IMG/VR virus record: IMGVR_UViG_3300025018_000296
Coordinates: 1-37,682 of that record
DNA: 37,682 bases
Reading direction: 5' to 3' (one strand)
Source: a virus
Taxonomy: Duplodnaviria; Caudoviricetes
A program made the translations under genes and the position numbers. This document shows positions 36,229 through 37,682 of the stretch, in pieces. The notes below the pieces were generated by a model that saw nothing but the letters and a program-made list of their open reading frames with translations, was not told the origin of the DNA and did no database searches. Positions within the stretch are counted from its first letter, which is position 1. The number at the start of each line of letters is the position of its first letter.

Positions 36229-37209
36229 ATGGCTACTAAGTATTTGAAGAACCAGCTCACCATTGCGGAAATGGCGAAGCGGGTTATCGGAGGCGATCAT
36301 GCACAGATCGCCGAGGTGCTCGAGGAGAACAACGAGTTTCTCATCGATGCACCGATGTACGAGGCAAACGAGGCATTCGGCCACGTGGCCTCTATCCGCG
36401 ATCGACTGCCCACTATCTCAGGCCGCCGGCTCAACGAAGGCGCTACCCGCTCCGCTTCCAGTGTGAAGCAGATCCGGGAGAGTATCTGTCTTCTGGACAA
36501 CTTCAGCGAGCCCGATGAGGTAATCATCGACAACCAGCCGGACAAGAACGCAGCGATCAACGACGAGAACATGGCCTTCCTCGAGGCGATGATGCAGACC
36601 TTTTCGAACTATCTGGTCTACGGGAACGAGGGTGTGGATCCTGTTCAGCTGAACGGGTTCTTCCAGCGGTACAACGCCCTGGCCCTGGCCAACGTAGAGG
36701 GCCTCAGCGGTACCGGTTCGGATCTCTCTTCCGTTCTCATGGTTGAGTGGGGAAAGAACTCGGCACACCTGATCTATCCCCGTGGTTCGAAGAAGGTGGG
36801 GATCGACGTTAACAAGATGGGCAAGCAGCGTGTCACCGACACCAGCGGCAACCCCTTCATGGCTTACGTCACCCAGTTCAAGATCCAGTTCGGTATGGTC
36901 GTGAAGGACGACCGTGCGGTACAGCGCCTGGCCAATATCGAGAGCTCGGGATCCACCAACAACCTCCTGGCCACCGGCAACATGGAGAAGCTGATCTACG
37001 CCCGGAACCGCCTCCCGAAGATGGGGTCGAATGCGATTATCTACGTGAACCGCGACCTGAAGAGTCAGTTTGATATCTGGGCTTTCAATAAGACCAATAT
37101 CAACTTCACCGTTGAGCAGATGAAGGACGGGACCCCGATCACCAAGTTCCAGGGCATCCCCATCCGTCACGTAGATCAGATGCTCGACACCGAATCGGCC
37201 ATAACCTAA
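36229..37209 (+). CDS. Major capsid protein (BPP-1-like)
   Basis: 326 aa; I.E.L...N..L.D.P..EAN, LP....R.LN.G, YGN, RLANI and F.GIPI..VD.....E motifs. Confidence 0.9.
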   Translation: MATKYLKNQLTIAEMAKRVIGGDHAQIAEVLEENNEFLIDAPMYEANEAFGHVASIRDRLPTISGRRLNEGATRSASSVKQIRESICLLDNFSEPDEVIIDNQPDKNAAINDENMAFLEAMMQTFSNYLVYGNEGVDPVQLNGFFQRYNALALANVEGLSGTGSDLSSVLMVEWGKNSAHLIYPRGSKKVGIDVNKMGKQRVTDTSGNPFMAYVTQFKIQFGMVVKDDRAVQRLANIESSGSTNNLLATGNMEKLIYARNRLPKMGSNAIIYVNRDLKSQFDIWAFNKTNINFTVEQMKDGTPITKFQGIPIRHVDQMLDTESAIT

Positions 37210-37220
37210 GGAGGGCTGAT

Positions 37221-37601
37221 ATGGGATATCGAGACGCAATTCTTGATCTGGGACAGGATATCGATCTGCATACCGCTACTGTGGTGTCCGGGAATGTCCT
37301 GGACATGGCTCTCGCCGCCCCGAATAAGGGCGAGGGCGAACCGGTATGGGTCGAGTTCATTATCACCACTGCGGGTGCGGGAACCGGGACAGTGACCTTC
37401 ACTGTGCAGGACTGTGACACCGTGGGAGGCACCTACCGGATCATAGCCTCCAGCCGGGCCTATGTAGGGACTGAGCTGACCAAGGGGAAGATCATAAAGG
37501 TACCGCTGCCCGCGGAACATCGTCAGTTCATTCAGGGCGGGGCTACCATCGCTGCTACCGTTACCGGCGCCGTCGGTGACTGTTACCTGCAGGCTGCATA
37601 A
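37221..37601 (+). CDS. Capsid cement/decoration protein (Bbp16-like)
   Basis: 126 aa, beta-rich, S.NV.D...G.G motif; AGGAGG RBS; directly after the capsid gene. Confidence 0.7.
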   Translation: MGYRDAILDLGQDIDLHTATVVSGNVLDMALAAPNKGEGEPVWVEFIITTAGAGTGTVTFTVQDCDTVGGTYRIIASSRAYVGTELTKGKIIKVPLPAEHRQFIQGGATIAATVTGAVGDCYLQAA

Positions 37602-37682
37602 GGCTGCATAAGGCTGCATAAGGCTGCATAAGGCTGCATAAGGCTGCATAAGGCTGCATAAGGCTGCATAAGGCTGCATAAG
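37591..37682. repeat. Perfect tandem array of AGGCTGCATA (9.2 copies), right contig end
   Basis: Same unit as 1-126; begins in the last codons and stop of the decoration gene. Confidence 0.98.

Noticed and set aside
135-37601. Second DGR target elsewhere in the genome
   Set aside because: No further TR-like segment was noticed at other gene ends by eye; a BLASTN of the TR against the window would confirm.
37206-37679. Minus-strand ORF with MQPYAALCSL repeats
   Set aside because: Translation of the decamer array, antisense to the decoration gene.

Overview
The window looks like a near-complete, circularly permuted ~37.7 kb genome of a temperate-type podovirus. Its head and tail module follows the Bordetella phage BPP-1 / T7-like layout. 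The contig is broken inside the structural operon at a 10-bp tandem array present at both ends. Gene order: tail adaptor and nozzle, GNAT protein, three ejection proteins (the largest 2,142 aa, with HExxH and ADP-ribosyltransferase-like motifs), then a tail fibre whose C-terminus is the variable repeat (VR) of a diversity-generating retroelement (DGR). The template repeat (TR) follows directly, then a reverse transcriptase (RT) truncated before its catalytic motifs, with no avd gene. Next come the lysis cassette (amidase, holin, two almost fully overlapping membrane ORFs), an attP-like region with a truncated integrase, morons, a divergent ribbon-helix-helix switch, and recombination and replication genes (Bet, exonuclease, methylase, SSB, initiator, DnaB). 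The rest holds a class-3 lipase, TerS, a split TerL, a DUF2292-like protein and an M50-like peptidase, then a structured ~250-nt leader with four GACCARCGGAGG repeats ending in a terminator, and finally portal, scaffold, major capsid and decoration genes. A spirochaete host is only inferred, from the integrase N-terminus and lipobox style. All family calls come from motif recognition by eye, not database searches. The best leads are the orphan DGR, the repeat-containing leader RNA before the portal gene, the dual-frame lysis genes and the terminal decamer array.
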